Assembly (NCBI GenBank): GCA_977020255.1
Contig: CDROCS010001981.1
Coordinates: 434,001 to 498,000, forward strand
Length of the DNA stretch: 64,000 nucleotides
Direction of reading: 5' to 3'
Origin: Obrimoposthia wandeli
Taxonomy: Eukaryota
The position numbers and the translations under genes are program-made. The notes under the pieces are model-generated. The model searched no databases. It was not told where the DNA came from and saw nothing but the letters and a program-made list of their open reading frames with translations. Positions 22,030-33,582 of this stretch are shown in pieces. Position 1 is the first letter of the stretch. Each line of letters opens with the position of its first letter.

Positions 22030-22737
22030 GCGAAATGGTGCCTACTTGGGTTAGAAGTGCTAAATGAATGAACACTGAAAACCGTTGCAGGAAGGACAAC
22101 TGGTGTGAAAATTAGAAGGGGAAAATGAGCAAGGAGTATGGCCTCTAGGAAAGATCAAAGAGTTAAGGAGAAACAAGGGATTTGAAGCGAGAAGCCGTGT
22201 AGCAGTTGTAGGGTGTAAAGGGTACGTACGACCAGTAGCAAAATTGTGTACACTAGAAGTAGAGAGAGGGAAAGCATGAGGGAAAGAGAGGGGATGACTA
22301 ATGTATAGACTGAGTCCGTTATGCGTTGGACAGGTCATCAGGTAAACACTGTCTCCAGAGTGGGCTTAAAGTTGCACAGTAGGCCATGCCCCGAATATGA
22401 CTATATATTGATAAACATATGGAACAGTTTTGATCAAAGGGAATGGGATATTCCGACATGACGTCGGATATTTTAGCATTGGGTCGGAGTTTCTTTCACC
22501 TACATTGTCCTTACTGGAGGGGTTATAAACTGGTTTGCGGGATTTGTGTGTTAACAGCTTGGCTGCATTGAGAGGGGGTATAAATATGTTCATCGTTATA
22601 TTATGAAAACTATGTGAATTATGATTAACTACTGTTATGGAATTTTTATTAATATTATTGAAGAAATAAAGTTTGTATTTGAAAATTTGAAGAAATTAAT
22701 TGTATTCATTAGTTTTTTGGATAATGGAAACCCAACA
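22030..22737 (+). mobile_element. BEL/Pao retrotransposon 3' end: integrase tail, polypurine tract and putative LTR (22302..22737)
   Basis: EGQLV*KLEGENEQGVWPLGKIKEL...YVRPVAKLCTLE (DUF5641-like), a purine-rich tract at ~22260-22295, then TGT...CCCAACA containing TATAAA and AATAAA. Confidence 0.65.
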
Positions 22738-23659
22738 ATATTAATATTGTTAATATGAATATCGAAAATATATATCAAGATGTGACCAAATATGATGAAT
22801 ATGGAATGCATTTTTGAATAAACCTCAACACTATAATTTTATTTTTCCTATCAACTTAGAGGAGCTTAAATTTTATTACCAGGTTTTAGATTTACTTCAG
22901 TAGATGTGGATAGAATCAATATCTTCCTCAATCAAATCGGAATCAAATATAAAATTCAAGAAAAAAAAAGTATAATCAAAGGAAAATATGCCATTTTCAA
23001 GCGGAAGAATGGTGTATTATTCGAAAAACCTATCCCTAGATTGTTTGAAAAGTCTACGTCAGAATTCAAGGAAACAAGATCGCACTCAATGGATCGGGGA
23101 CACCTTTATAAAAATAGTTGAGGCTGTTAGAGCTGATATTAAAATTTTTATATTTGTATCTTTATTTATTAGCTCATTTGTATCATATTTGATAAATAAC
23201 ATTGATAAAAAATTCTTGATTTGAAGGTCCACCTTGTCAATTCTCAAATATGAAAGCAATTTATTGTAAGGACTAACGTATTTTAATAACACTTTATTGT
23301 ACCATAGAAACTAAAATAAAATAGTTGTTATCGTTTATTTTTGGAAAAAACTAATACACTTATATGAATACAAAGTTGAAATGTAAAAACGTAAATAGAA
23401 AGTTAAACTTTATTTTTCAGATCAAAATGCTATATAAATTTATGTCTACTTCTAGTGTACTTCTGGTTACCATTACGGGTCACACAGAGGGTTATTGATG
23501 ATATCAAATAAAGCTAGAGCCGTGATGTGACCGGCCTGTATTTCTTTTATTATTTAAAAACCTACAGAGAAAATAAGGCCGTAACAGGTCTATAATTTCA
23601 ATGTTGAAATTAATGAAAAATATTTAGAATTTTCAATTAACGTCACAACCTTTCTGAGG

Positions 23660-23940
23660 CATTCTCATCGTCGACAGAAGACGTGTATCAGTGGTTAATT
23701 CGTAGCAATTCGTTTGGTTATCAAATTTCGTCTTTTCGCAATGTTTGTTGCAAACTCCACCAGAGAAATTATGGCATATTATGACTTATCAGACAGTAAA
23801 CTAATGTAGCCTCTTTTGATTGATTGTTGGCCTGTATAATCCACTGTTTGCTGCTGTACAGATGCAGTCACAAGCAGTCTTTCAATTAGAACTCACGGAC
23901 CTGCCTCAGGTAACTGACTAATATAGTCTACACATGTAAC
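23660..23940 (-). mobile_element. Possible decayed BEL/Pao integrase core fragment
   Basis: SQLPE...TVDYTGQQSIKRGYISLL...FATNIAKRR resembles QMA.LP...GVDYAGP...K.YI.LF...FIARRG. Confidence 0.35.
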
Positions 23941-25038
23941 CTGAGGTTAATAACTCCATTTTTCTGTAATTTAAATTTCAACTAATTTCATTTGCCCTTC
24001 AAGGTTTTGCCGATTTATTCCATTTAATTCAATTACTTTGTCCATTTCTTAATACACGAGCAGCAGTTTCTTCGTAATCCATTAATTATAAAATTCTCAC
24101 TCTGATCCTTTATTGTTCTCCGTGTTTTTCCTCCGTTACTATTATGGAAAATCCGGTATAATGTTTTATTGATTACTTTTCTAGAAAAATGTTTTTCTGA
24201 CAAATTCAGGACAATGTTCTATTGTTTGCACGTCTAGCTAATCCGTCTAGCTAGACTTTTATGTGTACCACCCGTAGTGTGCTACTTACATTCTAATATT
24301 TTCTTATTTATACACTTCAAGCCAACGCCACATTCTAATATTCTTCCATAAATTTTTCTTTTCTAAATTTCTAATTTTATTATTTGTTTATTTTTTATAA
24401 TTATTTAGTAGTCACTCGCTTTCTATAAATCCCTGAATTAATTTAGTTTCATTCTCAATTATCATGTAGTAAAATTAGTGTTGCAAAGTTTAATGTACCA
24501 GTTAAAGTAAGGGACTTTTTGAAACAAAGCTTTGCAAAGGCATTCTTTTTATATATGATATACCTTAATCAATCGGTATTAATTTATGCTTCATCTATAA
24601 TATTTAATTATTAAAATTATATTTCTGAGAATTATTTATAATTCAAATGACTAAAATTCCCATATGATATGAAATAGTATTTACTAATGTAGCTTGGTAT
24701 AGTTCTGATTGTCAAATAAATTTATAGTACAAAAATATGCACATTTTATTTATTTATTAAATTAATTGTAATGTCCTTTGCTATTCGGTTGATTTGGCGA
24801 GAACACGAAAATCACATTGATGACTGCTATTTATGTTAGGATAATATTTCAGATTTGGACAGGAAACAACGAAAAGTATTTGAACATAAAGGTTATGATT
24901 CACAGTCCTTCTTGACCCACATTTTAAAATATAACCCATATATATATATTATTATCATCATCCGGTGAAATTTTAACAGAAGAATCAAAGGGAAAAAATT
25001 GAATAAAGCATATTTATTGGACCACAAGTTCGACAGTT

Positions 25039-25740
25039 ACTTCGCAAAGATAACTTCATTAAAATATTAGACAATCTACAACTGCATGCTTACACAGCTT
25101 TAAAATAAATGTGGTTTACTATTTTTTTGTTTCAAAAACTTTCACTAATCCATAATAAATAAAGATCCTTCATTGGCTATGCGATAGACTAAGTTGTAGC
25201 GTGCTTCAAAGGCCTTGTATCCGATACACATTGCATTATTATTGATAATAGATGTTGGATGTTTGTTTTAATATTCGACAATCCGTAAAACGGCAGAATT
25301 TGAATATATCGTTCTCCACTCCATCTTGGAATTAACTACAAGCTATTTCGGATATGAAGGAATTGGAAACCATCAGCACTTTCGATGGGACTTCGCAAAG
25401 ATAACTTCATTAAAATATTAGACAATCTACAACTGCATGCTTACACAGCTTTAAAATAAATGTGGTTTACTATTTTTTTGTTTCAAAAACTTTCACTAAT
25501 CCATAATAAATAAAGATCCTTCATTGGCTATGCGATAGACTAAGTTGTAGCGTGCTTCAAAGGCCTTGTATCCGATACACATTGCATTATTATTGATAAT
25601 AGATGTTGGATGTTTGTTTTAATATTCGACAATCCGTAAAACGGCAGAATTTGAATATATCGTTCTCCACTCCATCTTGGAATTAACTACAAGCTATTTC
25701 GGATATGAAGGAATTGGAAACCATCAGCACTTTCGATGGG
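25039..25740. repeat. 351-bp tandem duplication spanning flank, 5' LTR and gag start
   Basis: 25039-25389 and 25390-25740 read as identical. Confidence 0.9.
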
Positions 25741-26345
25741 ACGTCGAATGTGGATGAGTGAATTAGTGAGATCAAATTGAAGGCCGATCTGCTTGGACTG
25801 GAGAAGAAATTAAGTTCAATTATTCCGCTGAGAATGAAAGGTGAATGTTTAGAATTTAGAAGAAGACGAAAATAGGACGCAGAATCAATTATGAAGCGAT
25901 TAAGGGATACCTATGGGATGGGTCAGCTCGAGGCGTTCAAGCGATTCAGTCAAAGGAAGTGGTACCTCGGAGAATCAGTCGATCGGTTCACGTCGGAATT
26001 GAAAAGTTTGGCATCTAAGATTGGTATGGGAGATAACATTGAAAAATTGGTGCTAGTCGCTGGCCTGCCTTCAGACACTTCAGAAGCTCTGGAAATTTCG
26101 ATGAAGTGTGGATACTGTTCCTTAGATCAAGTTATAGCTGAAGTCCGGACTAGGATGACAAAATAAATTGGAATTGAAGGTATCTTCCAAGTTGTAGCTG
26201 TTCATCATAGAAAAAGAATAATTAATTGAGGAATCAAATGCTTCCGATGTGGAGATGAAGGCCATGTTTCTAGAAACTGATATGTGGAAGAAAAACAAAG
26301 ATGCTACATCTGTAATATAGTTGGTCACTTGGCGCCATTATGTCC
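25705..26345 (+). pseudogene. gag: gag with two CCHC zinc knuckles
   Basis: ATG 13 nt after the LTR; WYLGESVDRF; CFRCGDEGHVSRN* and CYICNIVGHLAPLC. Contains stops and frameshifts. Confidence 0.8.
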
Positions 26346-26399
26346 CAAACGAGAATCAAAAACCACTAAGGGAGTCCGTATGCGCCAGCGGCTCTCCCA

Positions 26400-29181
26400 G
26401 TAATATGTCGTATATTCCAACTGTTATCATCCAAAAAAAAGAAGAAGCTTTGAAAGCAATGGTTGATACGGGATGTTCGAGATCTATTCTTTCGGATGCG
26501 TTGACAGTCAAAGGATTAATCACAAATTTTGATCATAACATAATATTAATGAACGGAGAAAATGTAAATTCGAGGAAGTGCATGGAATGTGAAGTTAATG
26601 TCAATGGACGTAAAATTCGGCTAAATTACATCGTTTCTCGTATAGTACCTGGCTATGACATGTTGTTGGGAATGGATGCTGTCAATATACTTGGTGGAAT
26701 TTAGGTAAGTGGTGATGGAAAGAATGTTAAGTTTGGCCTATTCAATGATGTATATGCGGTATCAGATTCATCGAATCCGGTTGGAGTCGATGATCATGTG
26801 AATGTGCTTCCGGGCAAACAGTTCTTTTTAGAACTAACAATTGATTGTGCGATGGAAGAAATAGTAGGATGTGGTTCCACAGTGAATAGTACATTCAAGT
26901 CAACGGATGAAACTTGTGTACATGAAGGAGGAATGAAAAAATCCCATTCATGGAGAAGTCGTGGATGTCGTGGATAAGGATTTCCATGCAAAGTTCGAGA
27001 ATGGAAGATGGATCGCGAGATGGGAATGGAAAGAAGGAATCGTGAAGCCAGCTCTACAGAACCAGGTGAGTCAATATCGGGTAAAGGACGAGGTACTAAA
27101 TCAATTTGAAGAAGAGATTGAAGAATGGATAGAACAAGGTTGGCTGAGAAAGTATGATGATGAGCACACTGGTGTAATACCTCTCATAGCCGTTCTACAG
27201 CAAAACAAAGGAAACGTTCGTCGTGTGATGGATTATGGAGAGCTTAACGATTATGTTTCAAGCCATACAGCTAAAAGTGAAGTATGTGGCGAAAAGCTGA
27301 GAGAATGGAGGAGATTGGGAGACAACTTGAGCATTGTGGATTTAAGGAAGGCTTATCTACAAATTCATATTGACCCAACTTTGTGGAAATATCAGGTTGT
27401 AGTTTACAAAGGAGTTCGATACTGTTTAACGCGTCTTGGTTTTGGACTCAACGTAGCTCCAAAGATTATGTCAGTAATCGTAAGGTAGGTTTTGTCAATG
27501 GATCAGACGGTGGCAAGTGTAACGGATTCTTATGTAGATGATATAGTTGTTAATGAAGAGATAGTATCTACTGAAGAGGTTATCAATATGTTATTAAAGT
27601 ACGGTTTAGAATCGAAGCCACCAGAAAAGCTGAATGGTGGTAGAGTGCTGGGATTGCGAATTCATCAAAACCAAAATGTGATGGTATGGAAGCGCGACAA
27701 TATACTGGCTAAAGGGAATGACAATTTAACGCGAAGGCAAATGTTTTCTCATTGCAGTCAGATGATTGGACACTTTCCCAAAGCTGGATGGTTGAGACTG
27801 GCGTGTAGTTATTTGAAAAGATTGACAAACGGTACTAATTGGGAAGACAACGTCGAGAGTAAAATCGTTGAAAAGCAGAAAGAAATTGAGGAACGTGTTT
27901 CGGAAAACGATCTTGTGCGAGGAGTTTGGAAAGTGACTGATACGATTGAAGGAACAGTTTGGTGTGATGCTAGCAGTCTCGCAATTGGAGTCGTAGTGGA
28001 TATTGATAGTTCGGTAGTTGAAGACTTCAGTTGGTTGCGGAAGGAAGATGACTTCTCTCACATCAATTTGGCAGAGTTAGAAGCAGTTGTCAAATGACTT
28101 AATTGTGTGATCAAATGGAGGCTGTCGCGAATTCTTGTTTATACAAATTTGTCTACGGTTCATGGCTGGGTAAAGTCAATTACATCGGGAGACAAATGAG
28201 TAAAAACGCATGGTCTTGGATCGGCATTAGCGTATAGGCGACTGAATCTATTGAAAACCATAATAGAAGAATGCAGACTAACTGTTAATATCAGGCTAGT
28301 AAAGTCAGCAGGAAACAAAGCTGATGAGCTTACCAGAGTGTCCCAAAAGCGTGGCCTGCAGTAGCGTAATCGGCAATGAAGCATAAATATTGGCAGTGCA
28401 CAACCTGAATCATCTTGGCATTGACAGAACAACGTATCTTTTAAAATGTCAGTATCCTGAACTCAATGTGAAACGAGAAGAAGTAGCAGCTGTCGTATAA
28501 CGCTGTTTTAAATGTAAAAGTATAGATCCAGCATCAATTCGCTGGGAACATGATGAGTTATCAGTTGATGCAAATTGGAGTCGATTGGCCTGTGATGTAA
28601 CCCATTATTTAGGGAAGTGTTACTTATCCATTATCAATTGTGGACCAAGCCGATTCACCATATGGAAGTTGCTCAATGATGAGACACATTATTCAGTGAC
28701 TACCGCCATGACCGATGTCTTCAGAGAACACGGGTCTCCAGATGAGTTGTTGATGGATAATAACCCAACCTTTAAGTCACGGCATTTTCAAAACGCTTGT
28801 GGATCATGGAAGGTCAAGTGTGTGTTTCGATGTGCTTATCGACCATCAGGAAATGGGATAGTGGAACGTGTTCACAGAACCGTCAAACGAATGGCTGCCA
28901 GAAGCGATGCAGATATTCGCGACATGTGTTTTTGGTATAATGTTTCTCCGAAATGTAGTAACAAGGACAATTCTGTTCCCGTGCGAGAACTGTTTACATA
29001 CGAATGGCGATATCCAAACGTTGAACCAAATTTGTCGACATTTCAAAACATTACAGGTTACAACATGGATCAGGCTGTATTTGTCAAACCTCCCAATGTG
29101 CGTTGCACATCAGTTTGGCCTAAGGGAGTAATTACTGGTTTGAGTGGAGCAACGCAGGTAGAAATCGACGTAATTCCTTGA
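26400..29181 (+). pseudogene. pol: pol (protease, reverse transcriptase, RNase H, integrase)
   Basis: AMVDTGCS (PR); VDLRKAYLQI, LGFGLNVAP, YVDDI (RT); WCDASSLAIG, HINLAELEAV (RH); HHLGIDRT, LACDVTH, LLMDN, GNGIVERVHRT (IN). Multiple in-frame stops. Confidence 0.92.
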
Positions 29182-32100
29182 CACGTGGCCGACGTCAGAC
29201 CGATTCCAATACCACTACCAGAACGGCCAGAGACAAATGCAAATGTAGGAGAAAAATAAGTGGCTTCCGATGATGCCAGAGAATGCCCACAAAGGGCCGT
29301 ACGGCGACCGGCCTATTTAGAAGACTATGTGTGATCTAGAGATCAAGGGGGATTGTTGTTGGATGTTTGTTTTAATATTCGACAATCCGTAAAACGGCAG
29401 AATTTGAATATATCGTTTTCCACGCCATCTTGGATTTAACTACAATAGTATTATTGTTGGTCTTTTTAAATAGAAAAATGACATTTTAAGTGTATTTATA
29501 TACTTTTTATTTATCAATTTTCTTAATAATTTGATTTTCATATTTGTTATTCTTTTTTTCATATTTATAATTATTTTGTAAAAACAATTTAAATAAAAAA
29601 TACATTTTATTATTAAATAAAATAAGAAAATGAGACAATGTACCATGACAATTACAAGCAACCTTTCTCTGAACATCAAGTTTAGTCGAGAAGAATGGAG
29701 GCAAATTCTGAAACGGAATAAAACTATCAAAGGTGTATTTAATAATGTTGATCTTACGATGAGGCAAAAAGCACTATAAATGTAACATCAACTTTATTTA
29801 GCTTATTTTTGTGTTAAGCTAAGTATTTATTAAAATTTAGTTATGTCCAAATTATAAACGTATGATCCTTATTTAGAAATTCTTAGTTGTGTTATCGGTA
29901 GAGATTACGAGCCCCGATAGTTCATGCAAGTAGTGAGACCCGTGGTCCAATTCCCGGTTACGAACCCTAAATTGGCTTAGAAAAAGATTCGATTTGATAT
30001 ATCGTATAACCAAATTAACTCAAATATAACTCAAATTCTTTCTTATTAGTAGAGAAATTCAATGTTGAAAATTATAGAAACTATTATGGATTTTGATCAT
30101 ACAAAGAAATATTTACATGTCACCTTTTTTATCACACCAAATGGGCAAAGTGACATGGTTACTTAAATGAGATAATTTTGGTCTTTTTAAAGATGTAGAA
30201 ATAATTTCTTTATTCTAATAAAACTGTACTCCCGATTTTCTCAATATACATTTTCTTAGAATCATATTCTATGGAATAAAAAAGAAGCAATTGACTATTT
30301 TCATTTATTTATGGCCAAATGTTAATTTTATAAGTTTAAAATTGATGACTAGAATAAAAAATTGTAAAGTATAAATTTGACAGTTAATCCTCCAAATTTC
30401 GGTAAATTTTCTATTTTAAATAAGCAAATATCGACAAGATATATTAGACATTTATTTTATCATTTACATAAATAATTTGAAATTTATATAGTAAAATTTA
30501 ACTCTCGGATAATGAGAATTTAAGAAATCTATTAATGGATATAGTTAATAAATTCATGCTAAACTTCTGTGATGGAACTTTAAAAAATTTAATTGAAAAG
30601 AGTAAAGAATATTTAATCTAATGAAAAAAATAGAATTACCTTAGTCCTCAATTATCAACTCAATATTAACTTCAGTTTTATTTAACCTACCAAAAAAATA
30701 AGAACTTATAAGGCATGAATTAAGGTTTTAATTTTATTAATAGGTCAATTGTCAATATTATTTAAACAATGTTGGTTACATTTCTCTCCTACTTAACTTT
30801 AGCGACTATTATCCGAATCATAATAGATAATGCATCTTACTCAAACTAGCGGCACTAAATACGATGTTCAAAAACTGTTTAATTGCCAAAAATATCCTGC
30901 TTGCATAAAAATTCAAAAACATTGATATGACCATATTTATGCAAAAGGTCTTGAAATTCCAACTCTTGAATTGATGTTTTATGATTTCAACTGTCTCGGC
31001 AAAGCGTTAGTTAGTAATGAACTCGCTTTGGTGCTCTAGCCTTTAATTAAAAAAAAATAAAAAGAGAAAATAAAAAGAGACTGTATTGAAGCAAATTCAA
31101 TTTCTTGTGATTGATTTGATTATAAAGTTACCAAGAATCAATTTATTGTCGTATATGATAGTACGTTCCCTTGAAATCCAGTTAAGCTATCATATACTAA
31201 ATATGGATGAGTTATATTCATATAAAATCATATAAATATGTATACACAACTTGTATTTCTGCATAAATTGACCAAAGTTTCTACTGTAAATAGCAAATTT
31301 ACATATGGGCTGCGAAATATTTGCACGCACACAGAAGTACTGAGATACTAATCCTAATTGAGCAAGAATATGCAAATGGAATAATGAGGAAAACTAACCT
31401 TCGTAGTCTATCATCCCATCACCGTCCTGGTCTGCCTCAGTCACCATTTCTTCTGCCTCTTCTTCGCTCATCTTATCCCCACGAGTCATCAGGATACGTC
31501 TATAACAGCCAAAAAATATCACTTACCTACAAGCTATCTTTCAGAGGTGGACGAACTTATGAGACAGATAAATAATATTACGTAACATCGTCTGATTTAA
31601 GAGATTCATTGCTAACTTTTATTTTAAAATTTAGAAATATTTTTGATATGCATTATTTAATTTAATTTTATGAGGTGAGCAGTATACAGTGACGATTCAG
31701 TGGCATTGCAGCACAACACTTTTAATGTCATTTCCAACTTTCCAATTATCCATAAAAATATGTTCATCAGATCCGATAGCCAATATCCAATTGTTGCATG
31801 ATTTCATTCAATTGTTTAACGTCTTCATGATAACTTTGATGATGAAATCAAACTAGATTTTATTCAATTTGACATGAATGGAGAAGATATATTTTTCTGG
31901 ATTATTCAATAATTCAATCCATAGTAATGATAAGGATCTTGAAGTTGTGGTTTCTTCAATTTGATGGCATCATTGGAGATATCACAATATAAATGTTAAA
32001 TAAAATACTTGCAACTGTTCTTTAAATAAATTGCGTTAGTAAAAGTTATTCGAAATATCGTAGTATTTTGATAATATTTTGTCGACTTTGTGTAGTTGGA

Positions 32101-32199
32101 GGGGTAAAGATATTGAAGCTAAAAAATCTAGCATTTTGAGTGTATCTGGATATACATACTTACACAGAATTTTTTTTTCGCGACCCTGTATGTATATTG

Positions 32200-32501
32200 T
32201 TTACCGGGTTTATGCATGCCCGAAGGGCAGGCGTTGGCCCTCTGATGGTCTCTCAGGCACTTCGAATTTCAGTACACCACTTTCACCACTGTACCATTCC
32301 CGCCAGTTAACTGCACTTGTGCAGTTGAAAAGTGTATATATGTCTCAGGACATGTATAGAATTTTATTCACTCACATGCTGGAAATTCCACTTGACACAC
32401 ATGCAGGAAATTTCATTCCACACACATGCACGGTTTTAAAGGACAGTGATACCATCCCCCACGGGGGAGGGAGTGGATTAGACCGGACATAACCACCTAC
32501 T
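32200..32501. mobile_element. Right terminal region of a Polinton-like element (family 1)
   Basis: Ends ...GGATTAGACCGGACATAACCACCTACT at 32501. Contains the family-1 subterminal motif and a CCCCCACGGGGG hairpin. Confidence 0.75.
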
Positions 32502-33023
32502 CATGACTTCTCATTAAAGCACTTTGGAATCCAAAGTTTGGATATGTTATGTGCCTTTCGTATTAACATTAGATAAGATATATTCAAATTATACACAAAT
32601 AAATACTTCTCAATTTATTGTGATCCGGAACTTTTTGAAGCTAGTATTTTGAAATTATTTCATTAGTAAGAATTACTTTTATTATCTTCATGATACTTCA
32701 TTTTGTAGTCATGTGAATAAATGATTTAATTGTTAAATGTTTTTATTATCATTCAGTTATTTCATTGTTGAAGATCAAATGTGATGCCTATCCTGCAGGG
32801 CTCGACACTTAGGAGACTCCGTAAGTGAGACTTTGGTAAAAAATAAACAAAGTCTCGAAAATACATAAAAACATTGTAAAAACCGCGAAATTTAAAAATT
32901 CATAAAGTCTTATAAGTCGTACATAAGGGAATTTTCAGTATAAGGTCAATTCTTAAAACCGTGCATACGAGAACAATTCTTGAAATCTTGCATACGGGAA
33001 TTTGATTCATTTTGAGTGATTTG

Positions 33024-33110
33024 TAGTAGAATAGCGTGTTGGGACGGAAATGATGGAATAAAGAGCGCAGCTTTGTTCTGCCATTCCCGTACCGACACTA
33101 TATACTACTA
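33024..33110. repeat. 87-bp imperfect palindrome (MITE-like)
   Basis: TAGTAGAATAGCGTGTTGGGACGGAAATG... pairs with ...CATTCCCGTACCGACACTATATACTACTA. A related copy lies at 7766-7826. Confidence 0.65.
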
Positions 33111-33582
33111 TATCGTACATTAGCTAGCAGTCTTGGATCTTAACAAATTGCGAATGTATCAACTGCAATGTAGAAAATTATAACAATATAGTGTGAAACC
33201 TAATTGGGAGATTAACATGGCGATGGATACGGATTCATTTTTCCTCGGGTGTAAGAATGTAAACAAAATGTGAATGGATAATTTTCAAAATATTTTCAAA
33301 TAAAGGTGTATTATGTAACGGAAACCATTAAACAATTCATTGCATATTATGTAATTTTTTCTCTAATTATGTAACAAAAAGACAATCACAATCTATATAT
33401 TTTATATCTGATTCGTTAAAAATTATCCAAAAGTTAAAAACGAAGTTGGAAGTAGCTCTTGTGCCTTAACTTTCTCATCTTCTTCATCACTAGAATTGTC
33501 TTCAATATTATCGTCATGAAATTTATAATTTAAACTTTTTTCGGTTTTAAAATAATTCTTAATACAATTAACTGATATGTAT

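Larger units (their letters stand above)
25604..29444 (+). mobile_element. Full-length but inactivated Ty3/gypsy-type LTR retrotransposon with 88-bp LTRs
   Basis: LTRs at 25604-25691 and 29357-29444 (TG...CA, 3 mismatches; extra copy at 25253-25340). PPT AAGGGGGA. Flanks ATAGA/ATAGT. Domain order is gag-PR-RT-RH-IN. Confidence 0.9.

Noticed and set aside
8230-28200. Alternative genetic code (TGA=Trp), suggested by TGA at conserved Trp positions in BIR, spectrin, gag and BEL remnants
   Set aside because: The intact zinc-finger gene uses TGG for Trp. The same remnants also have TAA/TAG stops, Cys-to-Tyr changes and frameshifts, so ordinary G-to-A decay explains it.
29911-29965. tRNA-like fragment (GCCCCGATAGTTCA...GAGACCCGTGGTCCAATTCCCGG)
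   Set aside because: The anticodon arm is missing, the B box is imperfect and the acceptor stem does not close. At most it is a SINE or tRNA relic.
32079-32492. 137-aa ORF at the Polinton terminus; likewise 3112..3315, 3515..3736, 39179..39436, 45644..45847 and 48055..48240
   Set aside because: They are translations of terminal repeats or tandem arrays, with weak starts and no protein-like conservation between copies.
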